Source: Vulcanimicrobiota bacterium (GTDB lineage Bacteria; Vulcanimicrobiota; Xenobia; Xenobiales; JADMJV01). From it: a DNA stretch of 64,000 nucleotides. Each line of letters begins with the position of its first letter. The stretch's first letter is position 1. The stretch covers positions 503,659 to 567,658 of the forward strand of contig JBFWNU010000002.1 of NCBI GenBank assembly GCA_050250895.1. The letters run 5' to 3'. Under the pieces are notes generated by a model, which was not told where the DNA came from, did not search any database, and saw only the letters and a program-made list of their open reading frames with translations. The position numbers and the translations under genes are program-made. Of this stretch, positions 1-10,190 are shown piece by piece.

Positions 1-483
1 GCTCTGGAGCGCGACGCCTACAACTATCCTATTTTCTACTACGACATTTCCAACCATTACCAGCATCAGGGCAAGCGGGACGAGGCCTTCGAATGGCTCC
101 AAAAGGCGGTCGAGCGTTTTCCCCTCGAGGCCCTCGAGGCAGTTCACCAGGCGCGCCGCCCCACCGTCGAATACCAGCTCTCGCGCGTCTACTCTTCGCT
201 GGGCGAGATGCACGGCCCCACCCTTGCCCCGGTAGAAGCCGAGCGAGCTTTTCGCACCTCGCTCTCGCTGCAAGAATCAGACACCGCGACCCTGGGGTTG
301 GCCTTTAGCCTCTACTCGCAGCAGCGCTATCAAGAGGCGTTGTCCCGGCTGCGCCACCTCGAACAGAAAAGGCCCGACTTCGAACCGGCCCTGCAGTTGC
401 AACTGGCCTGCCATCAGGCCCTGGGCGACGCCGCTCAGGTGGCCCGCCTGCGCCGGCGCCTGGCCGGGCTGCGCCCTAAGTGA
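1..483 (+). CDS. TPR-like helical repeat protein, 5'-truncated by window edge
   Basis: Frame 1 is open from base 1 (ALERDAYNYPIFYYDISNHYQHQGKRDEAFEWLQKAVERFP...) into the 208..483 ORF; TPR-like patterns LAFSLYSQQRYQEALSRL and LACHQALGD. Confidence 0.7.
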   Translation, partial: ALERDAYNYPIFYYDISNHYQHQGKRDEAFEWLQKAVERFPLEALEAVHQARRPTVEYQLSRVYSSLGEMHGPTLAPVEAERAFRTSLSLQESDTATLGLAFSLYSQQRYQEALSRLRHLEQKRPDFEPALQLQLACHQALGDAAQVARLRRRLAGLRPK

Positions 484-495
484 GTCGTGAACGGC

Positions 496-687
496 TTAGC
501 GAAACCCGTGTTCGCGGAAATGGCGCATCAGTTGCTTGCCCAGCTGCACCTCGTCGGCGTGGTCGGGGCTGTGCTGGGCTAGCGCCAGCCGCCCTTCGGG
601 TTTTTTCAGCCAGTCTGAAAAGGACTTCAGAAACTGGATGGTGTCGCGTGGAGAGATGTCTCTGTTGTCTCGTTCAGGATGAGTCAT
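496..687 (-). CDS. small hypothetical protein (63 aa)
   Basis: ATG ORF with protein-like composition filling the intergenic gap. Confidence 0.55.
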   Translation of the reverse strand: MTHPERDNRDISPRDTIQFLKSFSDWLKKPEGRLALAQHSPDHADEVQLGKQLMRHFREHGFR

Positions 688-725
688 GGTCCGAATTTAG
701 GCCACCACTCTGAAAAAGTCCTGAT

Positions 726-752
726 AAAAAGAGGGGTCGCAGCGCGACCCCT
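726..752 (-). terminator. Rho-independent terminator after sdpI
   Basis: Stem AGGGGTCGC/GCGACCCCT (732-752) followed on the minus strand by CTTTTT, 5 bp after the sdpI stop. Confidence 0.8.
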
Positions 753-757
753 GGTGG

Positions 758-1423
758 CTACTTGCCTGGCTCGATCTTGTCGGGATCTTCTTTCCAGATC
801 TTGTAACCATAGTAGAAGGTGAAGCCGAGGCTGAAGAACAGCCCAACCACGAAGTAGCCGGTGGCCAGGCCATAAAGGCCCAGCAGCCCGAAAAGCGATG
901 TGCCCAGACCCAGGGCTACGAACATCCGGCCCCCCAGCCGATGGCTCAGCGCCCAGGCTCGCTCGCTGGAGAGCGTCCAGGGGGTGCGAAAGCCAGCGAA
1001 GAAGTTACTGCGGGTTTTGCCCAGCACGTTGCCCAAGCCGGCAAAGAGCAGCCCCATGGCTACCAGCACCACCTGGCTGATGTCGACGGGGTGTCCGGTG
1101 GCCGCCCACAGCACCGCCCAGTGGATGACCAGCATGAACAGCACCAGGATGACCATGATGGCATCGATGGCTTTGCGAGACTGCTCGACGTGTTCCTTGC
1201 GCGGATCAAAGCGGGCGGCCAGCATGATGGTGGCCAGCACGAACAGGGTCATTCCGGGTCCGCCCCACAAGACCTGATCGCGAGATCCCCATCCGTTGGG
1301 GTTGCCGTGCAGATCCCAATGCATGGGCACGTGGGCGCCGGCCGGGATGATGGTCCAGGCCCAAAGGCTGAGAGCCACCATGGCCAGCCATACGACGACG
1401 ACGACGATACGATTGTTATTCAT
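758..1423 (-). CDS. sdpI: SdpI/YhfL family immunity membrane protein (DUF1648 + SdpI)
   Basis: VPMHWDLHGNPNGWG, NFFAGFRTPWTLSSERAWALSHRLGG; ATG at 1423 with GGAGG RBS, overlapping sdpR end. Confidence 0.9.
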   Translation of the reverse strand: MNNNRIVVVVVWLAMVALSLWAWTIIPAGAHVPMHWDLHGNPNGWGSRDQVLWGGPGMTLFVLATIMLAARFDPRKEHVEQSRKAIDAIMVILVLFMLVIHWAVLWAATGHPVDISQVVLVAMGLLFAGLGNVLGKTRSNFFAGFRTPWTLSSERAWALSHRLGGRMFVALGLGTSLFGLLGLYGLATGYFVVGLFFSLGFTFYYGYKIWKEDPDKIEPGK

Positions 1424-1703
1424 GGGTTCCTCCGCCACCGTTGCTCGAGATGCCGAGCCGGTTCATCAATCCCAGAAGGGCATCTTCCAGGACACTCACG
1501 TTGAGACTGTAGACGATAGTCGTGCCCTTGCGGTCGCGCCAGACCAGATCCGCCTGGCTAAGCACGTTGAAGTGCTTAGACAGCGTGGGCTTGGAGAGGT
1601 CGAAGTGTTCAGCCAATTCGCCAGCCGACATGTCGCCCTCTTTCAACAGTTCGAGGATCTTGCGACGGGTCGGATCGGAGAGGGCTTTGAAGACATCATT
1701 CAT
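1416..1703 (-). CDS. sdpR: ArsR/SmtB family autorepressor SdpR
   Basis: FKALSDPTRRKILELLKEGDMSAGELAEHF...SKHF; directly upstream of sdpI. Confidence 0.92.
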   Translation of the reverse strand: MNDVFKALSDPTRRKILELLKEGDMSAGELAEHFDLSKPTLSKHFNVLSQADLVWRDRKGTTIVYSLNVSVLEDALLGLMNRLGISSNGGGGTHE

Positions 1704-1713
1704 GTTAATTCGC

Positions 1714-1735
1714 TATTTAGCTAAACGGCAAAATA
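1714..1735. promoter_or_regulatory. probable SdpR operator
   Basis: AT-rich imperfect inverted repeat TATTTAGC-N6-GCAAAATA immediately upstream of sdpR. Confidence 0.6.
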
Positions 1736-1761
1736 AGCATAGCATGTCCGGTGTCGGCTGT

Positions 1762-2469
1762 CTAGAGGGTGAGTGGCGGACCGCGGCCTTCCAATACGAT
1801 GCTCGTGATCTTGCGGCGATGGGTGTCCAGGCTCAGGGTGCCGAGCGTCGTATCATGCACGGTCTGTCCGGGTTCATTGGGAAAGAGGATGTCGATCCTC
1901 GCTTTGGGTTCGCCCAGGCGTAAGACGACCACCCCAGAAGGCTTTAGCAACTGGCTGCCAGCCAGGCCGTCGACCGTGTCGTTGCGGTAGCGGACCTTCA
2001 CCCACTCATCACCGCGACGATACTCGCACAGGCCTTCTTCTTCACTTACCGGTGGTCCCCAGGTCCTCTCGACGCTGGTGCGCATCATTCCGGTGCGCAG
2101 GCCGTTGACCACATAGGTCCACCTGGGAAACTCGACCTGGCCAGGGGGGCTCACCAGGCCGGTGACCAGCAGCGTGCCGGTGAGAATGCTGATGGGCATC
2201 CAGGGGGCTCGCGGGCTGTCGTAAAAGGCCGAACCTCGCAAGCTCGTCAGCTTGTAGACCACGAACATGGTGATGAGGGTGGGCCACCACAGGCTGACCT
2301 CGGGGATGTCGCGCACGGCCAGATAGGCGCCTGTGGTCCACAGGGCAAGGGTGGCGAGCAAGACCGGGACCTGCAGCCTGGTGTAGTCTCGCTGGTGGCG
2401 GAATTCGTGGCCGCACTCACAGCGACGTGCCTGGTCTGATAGCAAGCTCTGGCAAGAGGGGCATCTCAT
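1762..2469 (-). CDS. zinc-ribbon membrane protein, unknown function
   Basis: N-terminal CPSC...CECG, about three hydrophobic segments; ATGA overlap with the upstream pilin gene. Confidence 0.7.
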   Translation of the reverse strand: MRCPSCQSLLSDQARRCECGHEFRHQRDYTRLQVPVLLATLALWTTGAYLAVRDIPEVSLWWPTLITMFVVYKLTSLRGSAFYDSPRAPWMPISILTGTLLVTGLVSPPGQVEFPRWTYVVNGLRTGMMRTSVERTWGPPVSEEEGLCEYRRGDEWVKVRYRNDTVDGLAGSQLLKPSGVVVLRLGEPKARIDILFPNEPGQTVHDTTLGTLSLDTHRRKITSIVLEGRGPPLTL

Positions 2470-2858
2470 GGGCGTTTTTGCACTCCTCGTTGGCTGCCGG
2501 CGCGGGGAAAGCCGTCGTCCAGCAGAGGGTGGTTAGAGCCCGAGCAAAAGACCGTGTAGCGGTCGGGAGCGATGGTGGTTTGATACTCATAAGTGACCTG
2601 TCCACTGGCGGGACAGGTGGGCAGCGCTTTGAGGTAAGGTCCGACCAGCCTTTGCAGGTTGGGTGGATAGAGGCCATCGTTGTCGCCGGCATACATCTCG
2701 GCCGCGATGGCGAAGTTCTTGGCATTACCGGTGCAGGCCCTGGCCTGTCCCTCGATTCGCGCGCGGAGAAAATTGGGCACCAGTGTGGCCGCAAGGATGG
2801 CGAAAATCGCGATCACGATCATGAACTCGATATTGGCGAAGGCTCGCTTTATCCCCAT
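2466..2858 (-). CDS. type IV pilin / type II secretion pseudopilin-like protein
   Basis: KRA|FANIEFMIVIAIFAILAATLVPNF prepilin-like N-terminus with Glu+5; ACxxNxKN...EMYxxD..G.YP. Confidence 0.85.
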   Translation of the reverse strand: MGIKRAFANIEFMIVIAIFAILAATLVPNFLRARIEGQARACTGNAKNFAIAAEMYAGDNDGLYPPNLQRLVGPYLKALPTCPASGQVTYEYQTTIAPDRYTVFCSGSNHPLLDDGFPRAGSQRGVQKRP

Positions 2859-4027
2859 AAGACCTCAGCCTCCTGGCGCAGGCGCTCGCGCAGGCTGGCT
2901 CGCCAGAGATTCGAGGCGGCGATCTGGTCGAGCAGGTCTTGCAGATGGGATTTGATGGTAGCGGCCATCTCGTGTCCAATCGAGGTACACCACTCGATGG
3001 CCCGTTCGAAAGCCTCGTCGCGCACCAATCGATAGCCCCAAACATCGCGCTTGAGGCCGGGCCAGACTACTCGGCCCGCCAGGCCTGGCGGGCCCTCGAG
3101 GGGAGAGGACTCGCTGAAGTAATCCCCGGGAGAAAGCGCCACTTCGGCAGGCCGGCGGGTCATCGCCACCCAAAAGACCGCGCGACAGCGGCGTTGTCCG
3201 AAGGGCTGGCCATCGAATTGCTGTAGCCAGGCGGGTCTTCCGTAGTCAGGGCGCCAACGCAAAAAGAAGAACTGGCGTTCTGGTTTGGGATGGAGGGAAT
3301 ATAGTCCAGGTCGCAGAGCCTGATAGGTGTCGCCCTGGATATTCACCGCCAGGCCCTCGCCCTCAAAGAAAGTCTGCAACAGGTTGCAGGGGCGAGCCCC
3401 CACCGCCAGGCTGCTGCTCGCGGCTCCCGGCGGCCGCAGCGATTCTCCCGGCCACAGACTCACTGGTTCGTGGCAGAGCCATTCGGCGTTGGTCACCAGC
3501 CGGGAGAGGGGAGCGTAGTCGGGTAGAGGATGGGGGGAGAGTTCGATGCGGACCTCGTCGGCCTGGTTAGGCAGGGGACAGGTCTTGGACGGGGCGTCTC
3601 CGCCCAGAGCCAGCAAGCTGAACTCGCCCCGGCCTTCAGGGCCACGAAACTCGTAGCGCAGGTTGCCTCCCAACCCCACTGCCCAGAAGGCAAAGCGGGT
3701 GAACTGGTTGAGGGCGGGTTCGGGACGGCTGAACGGCGCCTCGAGGGCTCGATAGACCACCGACGGCTGATTGAGCAAAGCCGGCCCACCCGAAAGAGCC
3801 AGGCGGACCCCGATCAAGCGGCCCTGTTCGGCCTGGGTGATCATGACATGGCCTGGCTCGAAACCGGCCTGGCGAAGGGCATCCCGAAGTAGGACCAGAT
3901 AACCACCGGCGGGGGTTGGCGGAGCAGAGTCGAGCAGCTTGCGACGGGCCTCTCCTCCAGTGACCGTGAATTCACCTCCCGACTCGGCGCGCCCGCCCCG
4001 ACGGGCTTCTTTCAGGAAGCTGTCCAC
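2849..4027 (-). CDS. hypothetical protein, paralog of 36510..37823
   Basis: GTG start at 4027 (VDSFLKEARRGGRAESGGEFTVTGGEARRKL); the upstream ORF extension overlaps the real + strand gene. Confidence 0.7.
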   Translation of the reverse strand: MDSFLKEARRGGRAESGGEFTVTGGEARRKLLDSAPPTPAGGYLVLLRDALRQAGFEPGHVMITQAEQGRLIGVRLALSGGPALLNQPSVVYRALEAPFSRPEPALNQFTRFAFWAVGLGGNLRYEFRGPEGRGEFSLLALGGDAPSKTCPLPNQADEVRIELSPHPLPDYAPLSRLVTNAEWLCHEPVSLWPGESLRPPGAASSSLAVGARPCNLLQTFFEGEGLAVNIQGDTYQALRPGLYSLHPKPERQFFFLRWRPDYGRPAWLQQFDGQPFGQRRCRAVFWVAMTRRPAEVALSPGDYFSESSPLEGPPGLAGRVVWPGLKRDVWGYRLVRDEAFERAIEWCTSIGHEMAATIKSHLQDLLDQIAASNLWRASLRERLRQEAEVLWG

Positions 4028-4099
4028 CGAGATTTCTTCGGGGGGGAGGAACTCTTTCCTGGGAGTCAAACGGGCGCCAGCAATAGTTTCGAGGAGTGC

Positions 4100-5281
4100 A
4101 TGATGAGGAATTCGACGATCGGTCTGGCTTTGGTGACTACCTTGCTGATGGGATGTGGTCAGCCGCCGGCGACTACGGAAACGCCCGTCGCCCAGGCCAC
4201 CAGTCTGGCCGAGACGCCGGCCGAGGTGGGCACCCCCGAGGCGGCCCCCGCCGCCGACGAGGCCACCGTCAAGCTGGCCGAGCAATTGGGTCAGAAGATC
4301 GCCGACGGCAAGCTGGAGTATAAGGAAAAAAACGAGAAGAGCAACGGACCCGGCTTTCTTTACCTGGCCTCGACGTCGGAGGATCCCAAGGTCCTGGCCG
4401 AAGCCCTCGACGGCATGAGCAAGACCTATTCGAGTTACACTCGCTCCGATAAGCGCAATCCCGTCGATGAGGCCTACGTCGCCACGGTCTCGAAGCACCT
4501 GGCCAGTGAGGATAAAGCGGTGAGATACTGGGCGCTGCAGGCCGCCGGCCAGGCCCTGATCGAGAATCCCGACTCGGGCCCGATCGCCTCCCTCAATAAG
4601 ATCGCTAGCGACGACAAAGAGTTGGGTGCTCGCTATGAGGCTCTCGAGTCGCTGGCCAAGAACCGTGATTGGGACAAGAGTGACGAGACGGTCCAGGTCT
4701 TTCTGAAGGCGTTAGAGGACGAGCCGGCCGTGATCAGTATCGCCCTCTTTCGGCTCGAGGGTAAGGTCCGCTCCATCAGCTCCAAGGAGGAGTTCGCCAG
4801 CCGCACGCGAGCCTTGCTCAAGCACCAGGACCCGGGCGTGCGCGGACGAGCCACCAAGATTTCCACCCAGGTGGTAGCCGATGACGGCCAGGCTGAACTG
4901 GCAAGCGAACTCGAGGGGATGCTCAAGGATGAGAACGCCTTTGTTCGCTCCGAGGCGGCCGAAGCGCTCGCCCACCTGCGCCATCTTTCCTCCACCGAGA
5001 AGATCGTGGCTCTGCTCGATGATCATGAAAAGAACACCTACGATATCAAGTTCGACAACCTGCTGGGACGCAAAGACACGGTGCACCACGACGGAAGCGC
5101 CTGGTCTCGGGTCGATGACTCGGCCCTGCACGCTCTCGAGACCATGAGCGTTCGCCTGGGTGACAAGAAGTTCACCTACGCCAAGATCGACTACAAGAAG
5201 GTGGATGAGGACATCGCCCGCGAGGTGAAGCGAGCCAAAGATTGGTTCAAGGCCAACCAGGCTGAGCTGGCCAAAGGCTAA
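4100..5281 (+). CDS. HEAT-repeat lipoprotein
   Basis: Lipobox LLMG-C; HEAT motifs LLKHQDPGVRGRA and LKDENAFVRSEAAEALAHL; GAGGAG RBS. Confidence 0.88.
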   Translation: MMRNSTIGLALVTTLLMGCGQPPATTETPVAQATSLAETPAEVGTPEAAPAADEATVKLAEQLGQKIADGKLEYKEKNEKSNGPGFLYLASTSEDPKVLAEALDGMSKTYSSYTRSDKRNPVDEAYVATVSKHLASEDKAVRYWALQAAGQALIENPDSGPIASLNKIASDDKELGARYEALESLAKNRDWDKSDETVQVFLKALEDEPAVISIALFRLEGKVRSISSKEEFASRTRALLKHQDPGVRGRATKISTQVVADDGQAELASELEGMLKDENAFVRSEAAEALAHLRHLSSTEKIVALLDDHEKNTYDIKFDNLLGRKDTVHHDGSAWSRVDDSALHALETMSVRLGDKKFTYAKIDYKKVDEDIAREVKRAKDWFKANQAELAKG

Positions 5282-6549
5282 CCCGCGTCGAGAAAAGTCG
5301 CCTCGTCGGCCATCTGTTGGCGGCGCGATTGCCAAATGGCCCCCGCCCCAACCAGCACGTACAGCAAAAACGCTCCGCCGCAGGTGATGACTCCGATCAG
5401 GGTCAGCAGCAGCAAAGCCATGAAGGCCACCGGAATCAGCTTGACCAGCGAATAGGGCACGTTCGAGCCCACCTGGCCAGTTTCGCCGTTGACCACCACC
5501 TGCATCGGGCCCCACACCGTTCTGGTCGAGAAAATATAGAGCGGCAGGGCCACGCTCTTGCCCAACGGCTCTTCGAACTCGACCGCGCCGGCCACCCGGA
5601 GGTCGCCGTCGTGTTCAATCCGCTCGCGGGCTTTGATGTCGTCGCGGCAACAAACATATTCGTTGCGGCGGATGCCGGCCTGAGCCAGGGGCCAGGCCTG
5701 GCGAGGGCCCAGGGTGCCCAGTTCGAGGGCGCCGTCGACCGGACCCTCGTGGGCCGCCTGGGTGTGGAAGGGCTCGAGTTGGCGCACCACCTGTTCGGGC
5801 ACACCCTGCGATGCGCACACCAGCCAGTCGTCGTAGCGATGGCTGCGCTGACCACTCATGCCTTGCTGGCGCCAGACCTTTTCTTGACCCCAGAGTCGTT
5901 GCCACCAGTTTCGTTCGACTTCGACCAGGGCGTTGGCATTCCAATCGGTGGTGACCTTGACATCGTAGGCCCAGAAGGGCACGTGCACCTGGCGGACAGC
6001 CCGCTGACCAATCTGGATGGTGGGCCTGAGCCAGAGAGTCTTGAGGTGCTCGCGCATGGCTTTGAGAGCAGCCTCGGGGGGGACGCTGAAGTCGATAACC
6101 CACTGGTCGACCCAGGCCTTGGATGGTTCGTGCTGACTTTGAGCCCGGCGCCCGCAGAAAAGACAGTCGGCCGCGTGCTCGTCAGAAGCGACCTCGACCT
6201 GGGCGCCGCAGCCTTTACACGACTGCGTGAAAACCTGGCGGGTTTGTTTGGTCTGGCAGCGCCGCTCGAGTTCGGCCAGGCTTACCTCGGGCCCGCGCGG
6301 CCCGACCGGCTTGGGCCCGCTGCACTTTGGGCAGCGGTAGCTTCCTCGGTCGGCGTCGAACTCGGCCGGGCCCGAACATTTCGGGCAGGTCATGGAAGGA
6401 TCGTCTTGGGCTCGGACCACGGTCGGTCCCGGCTTGGGCGTGGTCTTCTTGCCATAGCAATTGGGGCAGCGGTAACAGCCACGGTTGATGTCATACTCGG
6501 CAACGCCTGAACATTTGGGGCAAGTCAAGGTTGGAGTCAGCCTGGCCAT
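5278..6549 (-). CDS. multi-zinc-ribbon membrane-anchored protein
   Basis: Duplicated CPKC..CPxC ribbons, CKGC..CLFC, VPFWAYD, VNGETGQV, C-terminal TM helices. Confidence 0.8.
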   Translation of the reverse strand: MARLTPTLTCPKCSGVAEYDINRGCYRCPNCYGKKTTPKPGPTVVRAQDDPSMTCPKCSGPAEFDADRGSYRCPKCSGPKPVGPRGPEVSLAELERRCQTKQTRQVFTQSCKGCGAQVEVASDEHAADCLFCGRRAQSQHEPSKAWVDQWVIDFSVPPEAALKAMREHLKTLWLRPTIQIGQRAVRQVHVPFWAYDVKVTTDWNANALVEVERNWWQRLWGQEKVWRQQGMSGQRSHRYDDWLVCASQGVPEQVVRQLEPFHTQAAHEGPVDGALELGTLGPRQAWPLAQAGIRRNEYVCCRDDIKARERIEHDGDLRVAGAVEFEEPLGKSVALPLYIFSTRTVWGPMQVVVNGETGQVGSNVPYSLVKLIPVAFMALLLLTLIGVITCGGAFLLYVLVGAGAIWQSRRQQMADEATFLDAG

Positions 6550-6646
6550 CCTCTGAACTTCTCTAGGAAAAAGGCTGCCCCTGCATTTTTTCCGATCGAG
6601 ACAGCTTTCGGAAGGTGTTTTGGCGACCGTTTGCAATTCACCAGGG

Positions 6647-7471
6647 ATGAACTTGCGTATCCTGGTGCCGGTCGATGGCTCCGCCCTCAGCGAGGTCTCG
6701 CTGGAATATGCGGCCTACGTGGCCGAGTTGCGCCAGGGCCAGTTGCTGCTTTTGCGTAGCGGCCCCGAGGCTGGCTATCGAGAGTATCTAGAAAACCATG
6801 CCGAGAAGCTTCGCCAGCGGGGCTTGCAGGTCAGCGTCAGCGAGGACCAGCAGCGGGCGGAAGAAGCTATCCTGGCGCTTTCAGACCAGGTCGACCTGGT
6901 GGTAATGTCGAGCCACGGTGAGGGGGGGCTGGGTCGCTGGCTCATGGGCAGCACCACCACCCGGGTGGTGCAGGCTTGTTCCAAGCCGGTGCTGGTGGTG
7001 GGTGGTCAAGCCCTCGAGAGGGTCGAGTTCAGACCGTTCCGCCGCTTGATGGTCCCGCTCGACGGCTCGGAGATCTGTATGGCGGCCGTAGCTCCGGCCG
7101 TCGCTATGGCCCGAGCGGCCCGGGCCGAACTGCTTCTCTTTCGCTCTCTGGTCACCTCGGATCTAGATCACGCATTGCCGAGCGTGGCCGCGGCCCACGC
7201 CGCCGAAGAGGCCATGGCGAGCGAATACCTCGAGGGAGTGAGAACCGGCATCGAGGGGGTCGAGACGCGCCTTTTGATGCACGCCGCTACTCCCACCCGC
7301 GGCATCGTGGCGGTAGCCGAATCCGAAGAGATTGACCTCATCGTCATGACGACCCACGGCCGGAGTGGCTTTGTTCGCTGGATCTGCGGCAGCGTCACTG
7401 AAGCCGTTCTCTATCAGGCCCCCTGTCCGGTGTTGGTGGTGAACCCCCGCTATGCCCCCAAAGTTACCTGA
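6647..7471 (+). CDS. tandem-domain universal stress protein
   Basis: ILVPVDGS...DLVVMSSHG..G...MGS and MVPLDGS...DLIVMTTHGRSG...GSVTE. Confidence 0.95.
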   Translation: MNLRILVPVDGSALSEVSLEYAAYVAELRQGQLLLLRSGPEAGYREYLENHAEKLRQRGLQVSVSEDQQRAEEAILALSDQVDLVVMSSHGEGGLGRWLMGSTTTRVVQACSKPVLVVGGQALERVEFRPFRRLMVPLDGSEICMAAVAPAVAMARAARAELLLFRSLVTSDLDHALPSVAAAHAAEEAMASEYLEGVRTGIEGVETRLLMHAATPTRGIVAVAESEEIDLIVMTTHGRSGFVRWICGSVTEAVLYQAPCPVLVVNPRYAPKVT

Positions 7472-10190
7472 GCATCCGCACAGCCTGGCCGTCGAGGACC
7501 TGATCGGTCAACTCGAGGTCACGGCCGAGCACGGTTTGAGCGCCGCCGAAGTGGACCGGCGCCTGGACCACTTTGGGCCGAACCGATTCGCCGAAGAGAG
7601 CAAGATATCACCATTTTCCATTCTGTTAGGCCAGTTTAAGGACACCATGGTGCTGATCTTGCTGGCCGCCACCGTGGTGGCCTTCGGCGCGTGGTATACC
7701 GAAGGGGCTCACGGGGTCCCCTACGACGCCCTGATCATTCTGGCCATCGTGGTGGCCAACGCCTTGCTCGGCTTTACCCAGGAATACCAGGCCGAGCGCA
7801 CTCTAGAGGCCCTGCAGCAGGCCACCGAGGTCAAGACCCGGGTCTTGCGAGAGGGGGCTCAACAGGCCGTGACCCACGAGCAACTGGTACCCGGCGACAT
7901 CTTGTATCTGAGCGAAGGGGATCGCATTCCTGCCGACGGAGTCTTGCTCAAAGCCTCTCACTTTCAGTCCGATGAAAGCCCGCTGACGGGCGAGAGTCTG
8001 CCGGTCAGCAAGAGGGTGGGCCTGGTCGAGCCGGATACCCCGGTAGCCGATCGCACCAACTCGGTCTTCGCCGGTTCGGTGGTCACGGCTGGTGAAGCCA
8101 CGGCTGTGGTCGTATCGACCGGTAAAGAAACCCAACTTGGCCGCATCGCCGAGCGATTGTCGACTACCGAAGCCGTGAAGACTCCGCTGCAGAATCGTCT
8201 CGACGGGCTGGGCAAACAGATCGGTTGGGGCGTGGCGGTGTTGACCGTCATTATCGGAGCCACCGTGCTGCTGGTCGAAGGCAAGACCGATACCGACACG
8301 CTCCTGAGAGTAGCCATGTTCAGCGTGGCCCTGGCCGTAGCCGCGGTGCCCGAGGGACTGCCGGCCGTGCTCACCGTATCGCTCTCGGCCGGGGCCCGCC
8401 GGTTGGCCCAGCGCAATGCCGTGGCCCGCAAGATGGCCGCGGTCGAGACGCTGGGGTCGGTGACCGTCATCATGACCGACAAAACAGGGACTCTGACTCA
8501 CAACCAGATGACGGTCAAGTCCATCGCGCTGGCGGCCGGTGTGCTCGGCGTCAGTGGCGACGGTTACGGTCGCGAAGGGGTGATCGATGAGGTCGGCCCG
8601 GCGGTGGTGCAGTTGGCCCGCTGCGGACTGTTGGCCAGTGGCTCGGAATTGGCCGAGGAGAACGGCCAGCGCACGGCGGTCGGCGATCCGATGGATGCAG
8701 CCTTACTGGTCCTGGCCGAAAAGGCCGGCCTCGATTGGCGAGCCGAGCGCCAGCAGCGCGAGAAGGTCGACGAAGCTCCCTTCTCGTCAGACCGGGCCAT
8801 GGTCAGCTACCTCTGGCGCCAGGGGGAAGAGCTGACCCTGCATTGCAAAGGCAGCCTCGAGAAAATTCTGTCGCTGGCCACCCATTTCGACCACGGCGAG
8901 GGCCCGCAGCCGCTCGATGAAGACCTGATCAAGAAGCTGCGCGACAGCGAGAGCGAGTTTGGCCGGCGGGCCTGGCGCACCCTGGCCATCGCCTACCGGA
9001 AGGTTGCGGCCGTGGCCGAGGTCCACGAACTCGAGAACGAGCTGGTGTTAGTGGGTTTGGCGGCCTTCGCCGACCCCCCACGCGAGACGGTCGCGCCGGC
9101 TATCGAACGCTGTCGGGCGGCCGGCATCCGGGTGGTCATGCTGACCGGAGATCATCCCGCCACGGCCACCGCGATCGCCCACGAGGTGGGTATCGGCGAG
9201 GGTCAGCCGGCCATCTCGGGTCGCGAACTGGCAGCCATGAGTGACTCCGAGTTCGAAGAGTCGGTCAAGACCCACGACATCTTTGCCAGGGTCACTCCCG
9301 ACCAGAAGCTTCATCTGGCCGAGTGCCTGTTGCGCCAGGGTGAGGTGGTGGCCATGACCGGCGACGGTGTCAACGACGCACCTGCCCTCAAGAAGGTCCA
9401 CGTTGGGGTGGCCATGGGTCGGTCCGGCACGGCTGTGGCCGTCGAGGCGTCGGACCTGGTCTTGATGCAAGACGATTTCTCGACTATCGTCGAGGCCGTG
9501 GCCGAAGGCCGCTCGATCTATGCCAATGTCCAGCGGTTTATCGCCTTCCTCTTCTCGGGTAATTTCGGCGTGGTGGTGGCCATGTTCGTGGGCACTCTGA
9601 TTGCCGGCCTGATGGGGCTGCGTTATGACGGCGAGCTACTGCTACCGCTGACGGCCGCTCAGATTCTCTGGATGAACCTGGTGACCGATGGAGCGCCGGC
9701 CGTCGCCTTCGCCCTGGGCGCGGGCGACGAGAGCTTCATGAAGAGCCCGCCCCGCGACCCGCGCTCGCCCATTTTAACACGCCGGCTTTTCATGATGATT
9801 GCGGTAACGGGCACTACGCTGGCCGCGTTCTTCCTGCTCGTGCTCGACCTGCTCTATGTCGACGGTCTGTTCACCGCCCCCACGCATCTGCACGATCACG
9901 TCTATGCCCGCACCGCCGCCTTCTATACCCTGGTGACGGCCCGTCTCGTCAACGCCCTCAACTTCTTGCATTTAGACTTCGGGGTAACCTCAGCCGTGAG
10001 CTGGAACAACAAAGCCGTCCCGGCGGCCTGTCTCTTCTCGTGGTTGCTGACGGTGGGGCTGCTCTTTTTCGCCCCGGCTGCCAAGGCTTTCAATCTGGCC
10101 ACCATCGACCCCGCCACCCTGGCCGTGCTCACGATGGTGGCCGTTCCCCTGGTGCTGATTCCGGCCGAGATCTTCAAGCGATTGCGCTAA
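7452..10190 (+). CDS. P-type II cation-transporting ATPase (Ca2+/CtpF-like)
   Basis: TGES, PEGL, DKTGT, MLTGD and [13 protein letters not shown] motifs. Confidence 0.96.
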   Translation: MPPKLPEHPHSLAVEDLIGQLEVTAEHGLSAAEVDRRLDHFGPNRFAEESKISPFSILLGQFKDTMVLILLAATVVAFGAWYTEGAHGVPYDALIILAIVVANALLGFTQEYQAERTLEALQQATEVKTRVLREGAQQAVTHEQLVPGDILYLSEGDRIPADGVLLKASHFQSDESPLTGESLPVSKRVGLVEPDTPVADRTNSVFAGSVVTAGEATAVVVSTGKETQLGRIAERLSTTEAVKTPLQNRLDGLGKQIGWGVAVLTVIIGATVLLVEGKTDTDTLLRVAMFSVALAVAAVPEGLPAVLTVSLSAGARRLAQRNAVARKMAAVETLGSVTVIMTDKTGTLTHNQMTVKSIALAAGVLGVSGDGYGREGVIDEVGPAVVQLARCGLLASGSELAEENGQRTAVGDPMDAALLVLAEKAGLDWRAERQQREKVDEAPFSSDRAMVSYLWRQGEELTLHCKGSLEKILSLATHFDHGEGPQPLDEDLIKKLRDSESEFGRRAWRTLAIAYRKVAAVAEVHELENELVLVGLAAFADPPRETVAPAIERCRAAGIRVVMLTGDHPATATAIAHEVGIGEGQPAISGRELAAMSDSEFEESVKTHDIFARVTPDQKLHLAECLLRQGEVVAMTGDGVNDAPALKKVHVGVAMGRSGTAVAVEASDLVLMQDDFSTIVEAVAEGRSIYANVQRFIAFLFSGNFGVVVAMFVGTLIAGLMGLRYDGELLLPLTAAQILWMNLVTDGAPAVAFALGAGDESFMKSPPRDPRSPILTRRLFMMIAVTGTTLAAFFLLVLDLLYVDGLFTAPTHLHDHVYARTAAFYTLVTARLVNALNFLHLDFGVTSAVSWNNKAVPAACLFSWLLTVGLLFFAPAAKAFNLATIDPATLAVLTMVAVPLVLIPAEIFKRLR

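Noticed and set aside
4028-4498. Extended starts of the 2849..4498, 41166..43871 and 58302..59969 ORFs
   Set aside because: They overlap well-supported neighbouring genes; downstream starts fit better
6550-6646. Crp/Fnr-type box upstream of the first USP-ATPase operon
   Set aside because: Looked for because of the DosR-like gene content, but no matching palindrome was seen
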